DNA of 54,436 bases. Source: Thainema sp. (lineage in GTDB: Bacteria > Cyanobacteriota > Cyanobacteriia > Phormidesmidales > Phormidesmidaceae). The DNA lies in assembly GCA_052168235.1 (NCBI GenBank), contig JBQLZK010000051.1, forward strand, positions 211-54,646. Reading direction: 5' to 3'. The notes beneath the pieces are model-generated. The model searched no databases and was not told the origin of the DNA. It was given only the letters and a program-made list of their open reading frames with translations. Both the position numbers and the translations under genes were made by a program. Positions 19,701 through 28,341 of this stretch are shown here, piece after piece; the first letter of the stretch is position 1, and every line of letters begins with the position of its first letter.

Positions 19701-20935
19701 TGGTGACTGATGGCGCGACAGAAACGGCATCAGCTCTGGCGGATCTACCGCTAAGAGGTGAGTTTACTGGCTCAGTTCAGCTTAACGCCGTCACTGGCAC
19801 GCCGATGCTGAATATTAGTCTTGACGGTATAGACTGGTACTGGAATGAAATTGGGATTCAGTCGGTGCAGCTCACGGAAGGGCAGTGGCACAAAGGTTCC
19901 TGGCACCTACCACACCTGGCGCTTGGTGGTGTCGTGCATGACCCCGTAAACGGCGAACCACAGATTTTTGATACTCAGTTAACGCTGGCACTGAATCAGC
20001 AGGGTTGGTCAGGACAGCTCCAGGCGGATCAGCTTCCTCTTGCTGCCATTGGCCAGATTCTGGATGTACCCGTCGATGTGGCGGGTGAGCTAACTGCGAT
20101 CGCAACCCTCAGCGGCACCGCCAGTCGGCCTCAGTTAACCGCAAATTTGGACGTTAGCAACTCCCGTATTCGCAATTTGGACATTCAGGACTTCAATCTG
20201 GATGTTCACTATCAAGATGAATACATCACCATCGGCAATCATCGCTTACACCTGCCAGATGCAGACCAAACACCAGGCCGAATTCCTTATACGATGCCAA
20301 TTTTGACAGCTTTATCGAATTTGACCAGTAGTTCAGCATTGGGGGGCAACGACTGGATGAGTTTTGATGATTTAGACGAGTCTTACCCGATGGGACAGAT
20401 GCAACCCAAACAGGATTCGTCGATCAGTTTGCTAACAGACGAAACAGATTTCATGCAGCGATCTGCGATCGCAAATCAGGTCATTTTTTCCTATGGCCCC
20501 TTCCGCCCATCATTTGCTGTTGCTGACCTGGCTCAGTTTGCCGAAACAGGTCGTGTTCCTGCCGCTTGGAGTCTTTATTTTAGCTTGGCTCAAGTCGATA
20601 GCCAGGTGCTGCAAACGGCATTAACTCAAACTGTGCCTGTAGACCTACAAACAGTTGATCACCTCTTAAACTCTTCACTGGGCAAGCAGTCCCTCGGCTT
20701 CATCGGTCAAGTTCTACACACACCGTCCCGACAGGCCAATGTAGAGGCAATCCGCTCAGCGCTCGTCTTTTCCGCTGCTGACGATGGCCAGGTTTCGCTC
20801 CTAGAATTCATCCAGAATTATCCCGCACAGCAGCTACACATCGACGGTGCAAGACTCGTACAACTGTTGCAACAGCTTGAAACAGACTCACAGTCCTCCA
20901 CCCCCGTCCCAAAGTTCGCTAAAATGCCTGAGTAA
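16706..20935 (+). CDS. AsmA/TamB-like beta-rich periplasmic protein with a C-terminal DUF1400-like domain
   Basis: N-terminal TM anchor then RPVQLGEVE..LVRPQLWLDQD (cyanobacterial TamB-like); C-terminus YGPF..DLAQFAETG..LLNSSLG..AIRSALV..SLLEFIQNYP resembles DUF1400. Confidence 0.7.
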   Translation: MSGIRHQRGRFPFMRPMLRRLMLPSGIIVSSIGLLGSVGYHQGQSYVRSQLVPQIAADLSQSFNRPVQLGEVEYVSLSGIRLGASAIPATATDADWVTMEAVDIRFDLLTSLRTGRVDLDITLVRPQLWLDQDAAGDWLDTELVLQEDERITVRRIRIEDGAIALVPDPVWMNGTGVLHRRAVVELPSQVDFSAVTVDLKLDQDMEQIAVKVQAESTLGGRFKLNGNANLSAGTGELKLNTVELSTIPFDLALPPGIRFTDGQITTQLTVQLDPDQAPLVNGTATLENVAAWVEGEPNPFTETRGRLTIDNDTIQLTDGEIRYGKIPFSVHGQIHLQEGLDLYAQVQSVSVPDFMQTFSFELPVAATGALKTTNLRVTGPLAAAVFWGTVADAEPIQIDRVTFARAQTEFSFDTGSDQLKLRETTFIPAVGGQLVANADIQLDDGDNDQVELTVQAQDIAGSAIATLYDVSLPTETLDRVQATAQVSIAQQTPEVIVDWATQVTGYDAKGQFAVTDQGMTMPHAVVHVDDGQVQATGALVDSRWQAAVSATNLTLSRWLADLPGVLEGDLVLAGDLTTLDLTTVTGQGQAVMQIADSQLKADIAIAQGNWQSLIHSQNLLLQQFTPQLMGQVSGEVMLSGSLTHFDPQQMQIAGQVALPSGINQFRQPIAAAFEWQDNRLDLHQATAPGMAAQGWVITGWSATGMPNITEFDLALQVQDYDLAILPLELPEALQLKGQTSLAGRFIGDLDNPQLQVQLQVQNLAFNQIAFEPSLLGTVQFSPQGSSLDLAGQRDAIALSLDSTFQPQTAQVAWNGATAHGEFRDTQLTASIRDLPIEQLPLPPALLADSPIQSVGGLLSGQFNAELGDRIPAIAANIQIDRPSFVANGQHYARSVDDQLTAQFQYADGRISLVDSDLRLGNSRLTLQGEASVSQLTQATGELTVQQGDLQDVLWLAQRVLPHDVPLTSISSTLADATSNVTLLESLPITSRLEDWNGLMVTDGATETASALADLPLRGEFTGSVQLNAVTGTPMLNISLDGIDWYWNEIGIQSVQLTEGQWHKGSWHLPHLALGGVVHDPVNGEPQIFDTQLTLALNQQGWSGQLQADQLPLAAIGQILDVPVDVAGELTAIATLSGTASRPQLTANLDVSNSRIRNLDIQDFNLDVHYQDEYITIGNHRLHLPDADQTPGRIPYTMPILTALSNLTSSSALGGNDWMSFDDLDESYPMGQMQPKQDSSISLLTDETDFMQRSAIANQVIFSYGPFRPSFAVADLAQFAETGRVPAAWSLYFSLAQVDSQVLQTALTQTVPVDLQTVDHLLNSSLGKQSLGFIGQVLHTPSRQANVEAIRSALVFSAADDGQVSLLEFIQNYPAQQLHIDGARLVQLLQQLETDSQSSTPVPKFAKMPE

Positions 20936-20956
20936 CAATCGTTTCCGTCCTCTTCC

Positions 20957-21778
20957 ATGACACACGCGGCACCAGAGCGCACATCTAACACCTTCAAGCG
21001 ACTACAGGCACAGCTCCGGGGGCTGGTCGGTAAGGCGATTGAAGACTATAACCTGATTGAAGACGGCGATAAGGTGATGGTGTGCCTATCTGGTGGCAAG
21101 GATTCTTACACCATGCTGGATCTGCTGCTCAGCCTCCAGCGCTGCGCCCCGGTGAACTTTGAGCTGCTGGCTGTCAATCTTGACCAAAAGCAGCCGGGGT
21201 TTCCAGAGCATGTGCTGCCGGACTATTTAGATGCGATCGCAGTTCCGTATCGGATTGTGGAACAGGACACGTACAGCGTGGTGCAGCGGGTGATTCCAGA
21301 AGGCAAAACGATGTGCAGTCTCTGTTCACGGCTGCGGCGGGGGGTGCTGTATCGAGTCGCGGAGGAGGAAGGTGCCACGAAAATTGCTCTGGGCCATCAC
21401 CGGGACGATATTGTGGAAACGTTCTTTCTGAATCTATTTCACGGTGGTCAACTGAAGGCAATGCCGCCCAAGTTATTAACGGACGATCAGCGCCATGTGG
21501 TGATTCGTCCGCTGGCTTACTGCACGGAGCGGGACATTCAGCGTTATGCCAATGCTCGGCAGTTTCCGATTATTCCCTGTAACCTTTGTGGCTCCCAAGA
21601 AAATTTGCAGCGGGTTCAGATTAAGCAAATGCTTCAACAGTGGGAACGCGAAGATCCCGGTCGCACAGCACGGTTGTTTCGCAGTTTGCAACATGTTGTC
21701 CCGTCGCATTTAGCGGACACGTCGTTACATGATTTTGCATCACTAAAGGGGCTTAGCACCGAGCAATTAGAATCATAA
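20957..21778 (+). CDS. ttcA: tRNA 2-thiocytidine(32) synthetase
   Basis: PP-loop [32 protein letters not shown]. Confidence 0.95.
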   Translation: MTHAAPERTSNTFKRLQAQLRGLVGKAIEDYNLIEDGDKVMVCLSGGKDSYTMLDLLLSLQRCAPVNFELLAVNLDQKQPGFPEHVLPDYLDAIAVPYRIVEQDTYSVVQRVIPEGKTMCSLCSRLRRGVLYRVAEEEGATKIALGHHRDDIVETFFLNLFHGGQLKAMPPKLLTDDQRHVVIRPLAYCTERDIQRYANARQFPIIPCNLCGSQENLQRVQIKQMLQQWEREDPGRTARLFRSLQHVVPSHLADTSLHDFASLKGLSTEQLES

Positions 21779-21780
21779 AA

Positions 21781-21852
21781 CTAGGTTGGGTTGAGCAACG
21801 CGATACCTAACATCAAATACGTATGATGTTTCGCAAGTTCAGCCCAACCTAC
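21781..21852. repeat. REP doublet (REPIN-like) between convergent genes
   Basis: TAGGTTGGGTTGAGC ... GTTCAGCCCAACCTAC inverted pair. Confidence 0.7.
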
Positions 21853-21957
21853 ATGATTACGATTCTAATTGCGGAATTTGCGAATTTTCGATGTCGTATT
21901 TAATTTTCAATTAAATGTCAAACTCGGGTCATGAGACTAAAAGAAAATAAGCAAAAT

Positions 21958-23286
21958 CTAGAAGATGTAAGCAGAATAGTTATTAGTGCTCACCTCAATT
22001 ACTGAGTCTTGAGAGGCTGAAAAAATACCATCTCCATTATCAATTGCAATGAAGAAGTGAGTACCCTGTCTGTCAACATCATGGAAAGGCGCAGCACCTT
22101 GGATTATAAATCTGTCCAATGGATCGCCAAACTCTAAATATAATTTGACATCCCTCTCTCTGAGGGTTGGTACTAAAATTGATTCGTCTCCATAAATGGA
22201 TGTAGATCGATCTAGCCACGGGGCATCAATGCTAATATCAATCCAACTAAAGCCTTGAATAATATCTGGATTTCTTAAAGAGGATTCATTGAATCTTTCA
22301 AGGACTATCGTATCACTACCATAGTATCCATAATCCACCATGAGTGTATCTGAGCCTGCACCACCCACTAATTGATCAGATCCAGATCCGCCATTTAAGA
22401 CATCTCGACCATCACCACCAAAGATAACGTCATTTCCACCTCGACCAGCAAGAAAGTCATTGCCACCAAGCCCTTCAATTCGATCTGATTCATAAGTGCC
22501 AGAGATATTATTAGCTCTTCGATCACCTTGTAATAGAGCGCCCAAGTTGACTGTGACTGTGGCAGGGTCACTGATACTTCCACCGCTGTCTGTCAGCGTA
22601 TAACTAAATGTTACTGATGTATTACTTAAACTAGGCTGTGGGGTAAATACAACATCTCCATTGCTATTCAGTTCGACCGTTGCGGTATCAGAATCGAATA
22701 CCTCATTAATTTGAATGTTGTAATAATCCTCAGGATCGTAGTCATTATTTAGTAATAGCCACTGAGAAATTGTAGTGGTTGTATTGGGAGCTGCCTCAAG
22801 CTCGTCTGGATTGGCTACGGGTAGAAAATTAGACGGATTGAGGTAGAAATTGATTGTGTAATTACCTGTTGCTTGATCGTTTGCAGTGTTACCACTACCC
22901 TCAAAGTTTGGATCGTAGTAAATGTTGCTTAGGTTACTCATGCCGACATAGTAAGCACCAGCAGATGAAACAGTATAGTCTAGACGAGAATCTAACCCAT
23001 TCCAGTCATCATTGCTCAATAGCTCATTACCGCTTGCGTCAAATAGTCGCAGATATGAGTCAAGTGAAGAGCCTAAAACTTGTGCATCTATATCTACAAC
23101 TAGTCGGTCTCCTGCTTGAAGATCTACTCTGAACATGTCAACATCCGAGTAATCGGTAATAAAAGGATCAGCATCATCGCCAATATATCCTTCCACGCTA
23201 AACGTTGCTGTACCTGTAAGGTCTATCAGTGTGGCATCAAGAATTGTGTCATTGGGTTCATTGATAGTAGCAACAGAAATACTCAT
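21958..23286 (-). CDS. Secreted Ca-binding protein: PPC/DVUA0089-like domain, cadherin-like domain and RTX nonapeptide repeats
   Basis: LDSYLRLFDASGNELLSNDD; PVANPD..LLNNDYDPED; GLGGND, GGDGRD and GGAGSD repeats; visibly AT-rich. Confidence 0.8.
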   Translation of the reverse strand: MSISVATINEPNDTILDATLIDLTGTATFSVEGYIGDDADPFITDYSDVDMFRVDLQAGDRLVVDIDAQVLGSSLDSYLRLFDASGNELLSNDDWNGLDSRLDYTVSSAGAYYVGMSNLSNIYYDPNFEGSGNTANDQATGNYTINFYLNPSNFLPVANPDELEAAPNTTTTISQWLLLNNDYDPEDYYNIQINEVFDSDTATVELNSNGDVVFTPQPSLSNTSVTFSYTLTDSGGSISDPATVTVNLGALLQGDRRANNISGTYESDRIEGLGGNDFLAGRGGNDVIFGGDGRDVLNGGSGSDQLVGGAGSDTLMVDYGYYGSDTIVLERFNESSLRNPDIIQGFSWIDISIDAPWLDRSTSIYGDESILVPTLRERDVKLYLEFGDPLDRFIIQGAAPFHDVDRQGTHFFIAIDNGDGIFSASQDSVIEVSTNNYSAYIF

Positions 23287-23786
23287 ATAACCCCCCTTAG
23301 GCTGAGCTAAAGCAGTAAATGAGAAAAATAGCTAACAGAAAAATCAGAATTTTATCAGATATCGATTAGTTAGAAATTAGGTAATTTATGAGTAAGCAAC
23401 TACCGCTGAGATTAGTTGCCAAGCCTGTCTCAGACTAATTTGTGTTTGAGAATATTAGAGGACAACTTGAGATGGAGACTTCTTCACAAGCTCTTAGTTC
23501 TGCTTTCGAGACTTGGAGACGAGCAGATCTCTCTCTACATAAACAGAGTTTCGGTAGACACTCAACCTTGTAGTGTTTCCTGATACGATGATTCACAACC
23601 ATAACAAAGCTAAACAGAAGGTGAATTTTAGCTTTGCTCTTCTGCAGTTAAATATTGTACCTAAACAAAATATATCGTCAGTATTTATACCTGTCTATTG
23701 GCTGGCAAATAATCTTGATAGACAACGGAATTGTTTCTAAAGTCTGCGTTAAAGTACTTACTCCCTAACAGACGTTTTTATTTAAT

Positions 23787-24392
23787 ATGGAGCCGCAAGA
23801 TACCGCTATTCGCTATGACCAAATCGCCCAGTGGTGGCAAACTCAGCATCGGGATTCTCAGTATGGCATTGCCCAGCTAGAGCGAGCGATTCAGTTTACC
23901 GTTCAGCAAGGATTTGCTCTCGATGTTGGCTGTGGCAGCAGCGGGCGATTTCTCAACGTTCTGAACCAGAATGGGTTTCAGGCCGAGGGACTCGATATTT
24001 CGGCGGCAATGGTTGATCTGGCTCAGCAGTTGCACCCTGATTGCATTTTTTATCAAGCCGATATCTGCTACTGGATGCCGCCCAAATCCTACAGCCTCAT
24101 CACTGCCTGGGATAGCACCTTTCACCTACCGCTGCACTGGCAAGCTCCGGTGATAAAAAAGCTGTGCAATGCATTAGAACCGAATGGAGTGCTGCTATTT
24201 ACCTGTGGTGGCGGACATACCAGTGCTGAAGTTGCTGGAGCCTTTCAGGGACAAAATTTTGAGTACAGCACCTTAGGTGTCGATGAGTTTCTGCAGATTC
24301 TGGCTGAGCAGCACTGCACCTGTCGTCATCTTGAGTATGATCAGTATCCTGAAAATCACGTGTATATCATCGCGCAGCGGATTCAAGTCTAG
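23787..24392 (+). CDS. Class I SAM-dependent methyltransferase
   Basis: ALDVGCGSSG, GLDIS, LEPNGVLLF. Confidence 0.9.
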   Translation: MEPQDTAIRYDQIAQWWQTQHRDSQYGIAQLERAIQFTVQQGFALDVGCGSSGRFLNVLNQNGFQAEGLDISAAMVDLAQQLHPDCIFYQADICYWMPPKSYSLITAWDSTFHLPLHWQAPVIKKLCNALEPNGVLLFTCGGGHTSAEVAGAFQGQNFEYSTLGVDEFLQILAEQHCTCRHLEYDQYPENHVYIIAQRIQV

Positions 24393-24459
24393 ACCTGTTG
24401 CTTCGCTTGGTGCGGTTATGTCCTATAGGTCAAAGCTTAAGTTTGTCGCAAGTGACACA

Positions 24460-25431
24460 TCAAATATTGATGACTACTTTTCCCCTCACCTGTCGTTGCT
24501 CAAGGTAGTGAATTGCTTCAGGAACTCCACTCAGCGGGTAGCAGCGATCGATATAGGGGACGATCTTACCCGTAGCTAGGAGATTGCTTAAAGTCATCAG
24601 GTCGTCTTGCTTGGGTTGTGAAATTAGCGGCTTTACAGTGCAACGGTTAAACCTGGAAATCCAAGGCCCCAAAAGCATCGCCTGAAAAAACTGGGCCGTG
24701 GAGCCACCAATTCCCACGTAAGTTCCTCCTGGAGCCAGGATAGGTAAATAGTCAAACACAGAACGATAGGCGGCAGCATCGAGAATTAAATCGTACTGTT
24801 GCCCTGATTGAGCGACATCTGTTTGAGTGTAGTCAATCACATGATCTGCTCCGAGCACCTGCATCATGTCTGCTTTTTGACCGCTGCAGACGGCAGTGAC
24901 TTCAGTACCAAAGTCCTTAGCGATCTGCACAGCAAACGAGCCGACACCGCCAGAAGCTCCGAGGATCAAAACCGATTGTCCAGCCTGAATCTGCCCCACA
25001 TCCCGTAGACCTTGCAGCGCAGCGAGTCCAGAAACTGGCACGGTGGCAGCTTCCTCATATGTAGAAGTAGCAGGCTTGAGCGCCAATGCTGATTCCGTTG
25101 CACAGATGTACTCGGTAAATGCGCCAAACCCACATTCAGACAAATCGCCAAATACTTCATCACCGGGCTTAAACTGCGAAACATCTTTGCCCACGGCTTC
25201 CACTTGGCCAGCCATTGCGGCACCTAGAATTTTAATTTGGGGCTTCAGCAGTCCGCCAAACATGAGCCGGATGAGGAACGGAGTGCCCCGCATCAAGTGC
25301 CAGACGCCAGCATCAACGGAAGCTGCATGAACTCGCACGAGTACGCCATTGTCTGGTATAGCGGGTTGATCCACCTCTTCTAATCGCAGTACATTCGCTG
25401 AACCGTACTCAGTTTGGACAATCGCCTTCAT
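24460..25431 (-). CDS. NAD(P)-dependent MDR-family oxidoreductase (quinone reductase-like)
   Basis: MKAIVQTEYGS, GASGGVGSFAVQIAK, GKVVI. Confidence 0.9.
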   Translation of the reverse strand: MKAIVQTEYGSANVLRLEEVDQPAIPDNGVLVRVHAASVDAGVWHLMRGTPFLIRLMFGGLLKPQIKILGAAMAGQVEAVGKDVSQFKPGDEVFGDLSECGFGAFTEYICATESALALKPATSTYEEAATVPVSGLAALQGLRDVGQIQAGQSVLILGASGGVGSFAVQIAKDFGTEVTAVCSGQKADMMQVLGADHVIDYTQTDVAQSGQQYDLILDAAAYRSVFDYLPILAPGGTYVGIGGSTAQFFQAMLLGPWISRFNRCTVKPLISQPKQDDLMTLSNLLATGKIVPYIDRCYPLSGVPEAIHYLEQRQVRGKVVINI

Positions 25432-25522
25432 GGGGTTCCTGCAAATTCATCTGGAACGAGGATAAATGAATTTGCGTTGATTGGGCTGTTCTCTAACGTT
25501 TATTTTGCGATCGCAGTTCCAA

Positions 25523-25644
25523 CTATCTGATAAAACGCTTCCACAGATCTAACACAACCAAGGGTAACCCCGTCATTTCTGCCAACCGTTTGCTGAGAGT
25601 AGATTTACCGCCCCCGCATTGCCAAACACCGCAACCTTTTTCAT
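25523..25644 (-). pseudogene. Frameshifted 5' remnant of an adenylate kinase-like / topology modulation (FlaR-like) P-loop protein
   Basis: ATG at 25644 gives MKKVAVFGNAG, then one G is missing before GGKSTLSKRLAEMTGLPLVVLDL; truncated. Confidence 0.65.
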
Positions 25645-25667
25645 CGGTCTGCCTCAGGGTAAACAAC

Positions 25668-26096
25668 CTATAGCCAGCGGCCACCTCGGAACCGCCAGCG
25701 GGGAAACCAAATCCGCATTGCCGCCTGGGATGCACAATATACCCCTAGCCACACGCAGCCATAGTGAATGGCAAACCACTGCAAATTGAACCCATTCGTT
25801 GCCACACCCGGTAGACCAACGCTGCGAATGAGGATAACAATCAGCACCGCCTCGGCAACTCCAGCAATAAACTGATAAATACCGGGCCAGTCGTGATCCC
25901 AGCGCAGCTTTTGCAAGAGCGTGTAGAGCCCGTCCCAAGCCAAACCAAACAACGCGACGTAAATCAAAATCCAAACATAAATCTGACTGGACTGTGGCCC
26001 AAGCCAGCCCAGGGCAAAGGGTAGAGTCACTAAGCTACCAACGGTAGCTAATAGCAATAAGCGGGTTTGCCAGCGTCCGAGTAAGGTTGGTGTCAT
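25668..26096 (-). CDS. Hypothetical membrane protein (third gene of the FHA operon)
   Basis: MTPTLLGRWQTR start overlaps the upstream stop (ATGA); about 4 TM segments; RWDHDWP and PRWRFRGG motifs. Confidence 0.75.
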   Translation of the reverse strand: MTPTLLGRWQTRLLLLATVGSLVTLPFALGWLGPQSSQIYVWILIYVALFGLAWDGLYTLLQKLRWDHDWPGIYQFIAGVAEAVLIVILIRSVGLPGVATNGFNLQWFAIHYGCVWLGVYCASQAAMRIWFPRWRFRGGRWL

Positions 26097-28327
26097 GGTG
26101 CCTGATTCCCCGCCCACTTGAGCCATTGGGTAAATGAACGCCAGCCATTCAGTCGCCGCAGTCCCGGAGCTGCGATCGCAACTAAGTCATCGACTGAACG
26201 CAGAGCTGCATACTGGAGTCCCAGAAAGCTATCTACGGCGGCATAGGGGCCACCTAGCGTAATCACGCCTGCCGCATACATCCGTCCGGCTGAGGGACTG
26301 CTGGCGGCATCGGGCGTTGAGCGCATATTAACCAGTTCGAACTCATTAGAAACGACAAATCGGCCATTATCCAGCAGTGGCAACTGATAGTGCTGCACCA
26401 AGTCCTCCAGCAGCGGGCTTTCGGTGACGGCAGCATCGAGTCCAGTGGCGTCAATAATAAAGTCAGCTGTACAAATCGCTACACCTTTTGGAACGCCTGC
26501 TTCTTGCTCACTGTATGTTACCTGTAACCGTTGATTGTCTTGTAATACCTGCTCAACGGTACCAAACCGAATGTGGTACCACTTGTTCCGCAATCCCTGC
26601 CGCACAATCCGCTGCCAGTCACGCCGATCGGCTGTGGTGGTGCCGCCCCAGGTTCGCAGCAGTTGCGATCGCAGTTTATAATCCGCCTGCTCTAGCGTAT
26701 CGCGCAGATCCCCACCCCAGCAGGCTTTTGGCCAATTAAACGGTTGAAACTCCCAGTGATGCTTAACTCGCCGCCGGGCTCTGCCGTAGCGATGGCCATC
26801 TTTCGGACTGATCTGCGATCGCATCAGGTGCAACACTTCCACTGGCTGACCACTGGTGCGCCGCACTTCGTCAATTCGCTGCAAAATCCGTGAGGCAACA
26901 ATGCCGCGACCTTGGAGCAGCACGGTACCACCCTGGGCAGTTAACTGCTCGTAAACATGGTCATGAGCTTCATAGGCATTGACCACTGACCGCAAATCCT
27001 GAGTGCGATCGCGATAATCCTGCAGATGCGGCAAAAAGCGAATCGCCGGATAGCCCGTGGCTAGATGTACATATTTTGCAACCAAGAACCGATAGTGACC
27101 CCGACCTTGAGAATATGCGATCGCAAATCGGCCATCGTCCGTTTTGCGAATGGCGCGAATGCTGCCGTAGCGATAGATTTCAGGCCAGCCAATTCGAGTA
27201 GCTTCTCGGTCGATGGAGGCGAACACGTTCCCTGAGCGAGGCGTGTAAGTTTCCGCCAGCGTCGGCTCTGCGAACACCTGCCACAGATAGCGCAGCGCTC
27301 GATCTAATCGACCTTTGCATCCCTCATGCCACGCTTCTCGCAGCGCATAGCTAGGCCAGCCCCAAACATTATCGGGGCAAGAGTCTGAGTTAGAGCGTAG
27401 TCGCTCATGCAGCGGGATTTGGGAGTTGAGGCAGAGCTGTTTGTACTTGCCGTAGGGCTGTTGCTGAGTACCAATGGCGACAATGTCGGCTGCCGGAACG
27501 CCAAAAATGCGTAGATAATCTATCCAGATATAGCTGCCCAATCCGGCTCCCAGTGCGGCGTAAGTGGCTTGATCGGTAGCAGGATCAAACCAGCCCGTTT
27601 GCTGCAAATCGGCCAGTGAAACATGTTCTGCATGGAGAAAGCGATCCGGCGGGAAGCCGCTGCCTGTGGAGGATCGGCTACCGATTTGGGGTAGGCCAGT
27701 GGTGAGATCGAAAGGAATAACGGTATCGCGAGGCGCCGGGGGTGAGGAGTGAGAAGTAGGGGGTGGGAGAGTAGGTGAGGAGTAAGGAGTGAGGCGAGAG
27801 GAGTGAGGAGTGAGGGGTAAGGAGTGAGTTTCGGGTAGGTAGGTGGCTTGTTCTGGGGTGGCGTGGTTGGCTAGATCGGCGGCATAGTTGGGAGGTTCGA
27901 CGGTGGGTATATCGGAAACTGGTGGCGGCGGTTGGGTTGGCGATTGGTCAGGCGTGGACTGGGGGAGTGGAGTTGGGTAGAGAGATACAATTTGGATTTG
28001 ATGATGGCCAATTTGGACGGTGCTGCCAGTCGTTAACTGAGCTTGGGGACATCGCTCGCCGTTGACCCAGAGACCATTGACACTATTCTGATCGGTGATC
28101 AGCCAGCTACCTTGTGCCCAGGTAATTAGGGCATGGTAGCGGGATACCTGCTCATCAGTGAGCACCATGCGCGAAACGGATTGCCCCTGAATCTCCGACG
28201 GCATGGCTTGAAAAACGCGACCAAAAGCGACAGGTGGGCGCAGCGTGGGCGTGTGAGACTGACGGGTAACGGGGTCGTACCAACTGAATTGAATATTCGG
28301 CTGAATTGAAAACTCATGCTCATTCAT
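26093..28327 (-). CDS. FHA domain fused to an FAD/NAD(P)-binding flavoprotein (class B monooxygenase-like) domain
   Basis: FHA GR..VSRYHA..DQNSVNG; Pro-rich linker; GAGLGS, ATGYP, GRGIVAS and DATG dinucleotide-binding motifs. Confidence 0.8.
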   Translation of the reverse strand: MNEHEFSIQPNIQFSWYDPVTRQSHTPTLRPPVAFGRVFQAMPSEIQGQSVSRMVLTDEQVSRYHALITWAQGSWLITDQNSVNGLWVNGERCPQAQLTTGSTVQIGHHQIQIVSLYPTPLPQSTPDQSPTQPPPPVSDIPTVEPPNYAADLANHATPEQATYLPETHSLPLTPHSSRLTPYSSPTLPPPTSHSSPPAPRDTVIPFDLTTGLPQIGSRSSTGSGFPPDRFLHAEHVSLADLQQTGWFDPATDQATYAALGAGLGSYIWIDYLRIFGVPAADIVAIGTQQQPYGKYKQLCLNSQIPLHERLRSNSDSCPDNVWGWPSYALREAWHEGCKGRLDRALRYLWQVFAEPTLAETYTPRSGNVFASIDREATRIGWPEIYRYGSIRAIRKTDDGRFAIAYSQGRGHYRFLVAKYVHLATGYPAIRFLPHLQDYRDRTQDLRSVVNAYEAHDHVYEQLTAQGGTVLLQGRGIVASRILQRIDEVRRTSGQPVEVLHLMRSQISPKDGHRYGRARRRVKHHWEFQPFNWPKACWGGDLRDTLEQADYKLRSQLLRTWGGTTTADRRDWQRIVRQGLRNKWYHIRFGTVEQVLQDNQRLQVTYSEQEAGVPKGVAICTADFIIDATGLDAAVTESPLLEDLVQHYQLPLLDNGRFVVSNEFELVNMRSTPDAASSPSAGRMYAAGVITLGGPYAAVDSFLGLQYAALRSVDDLVAIAAPGLRRLNGWRSFTQWLKWAGNQAP
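27744..27828. repeat. Degenerate heptamer (GAGTGAG/GAGTAAG) STRR-like repeat inside the FHA protein linker
   Basis: gaggagtgagaagtag...gaggagtaaggagtgag...gagtgaggagtgagggg; similar units at about 31880-31902. Confidence 0.6.
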
Positions 28328-28341
28328 AGAGCATCAACGAC

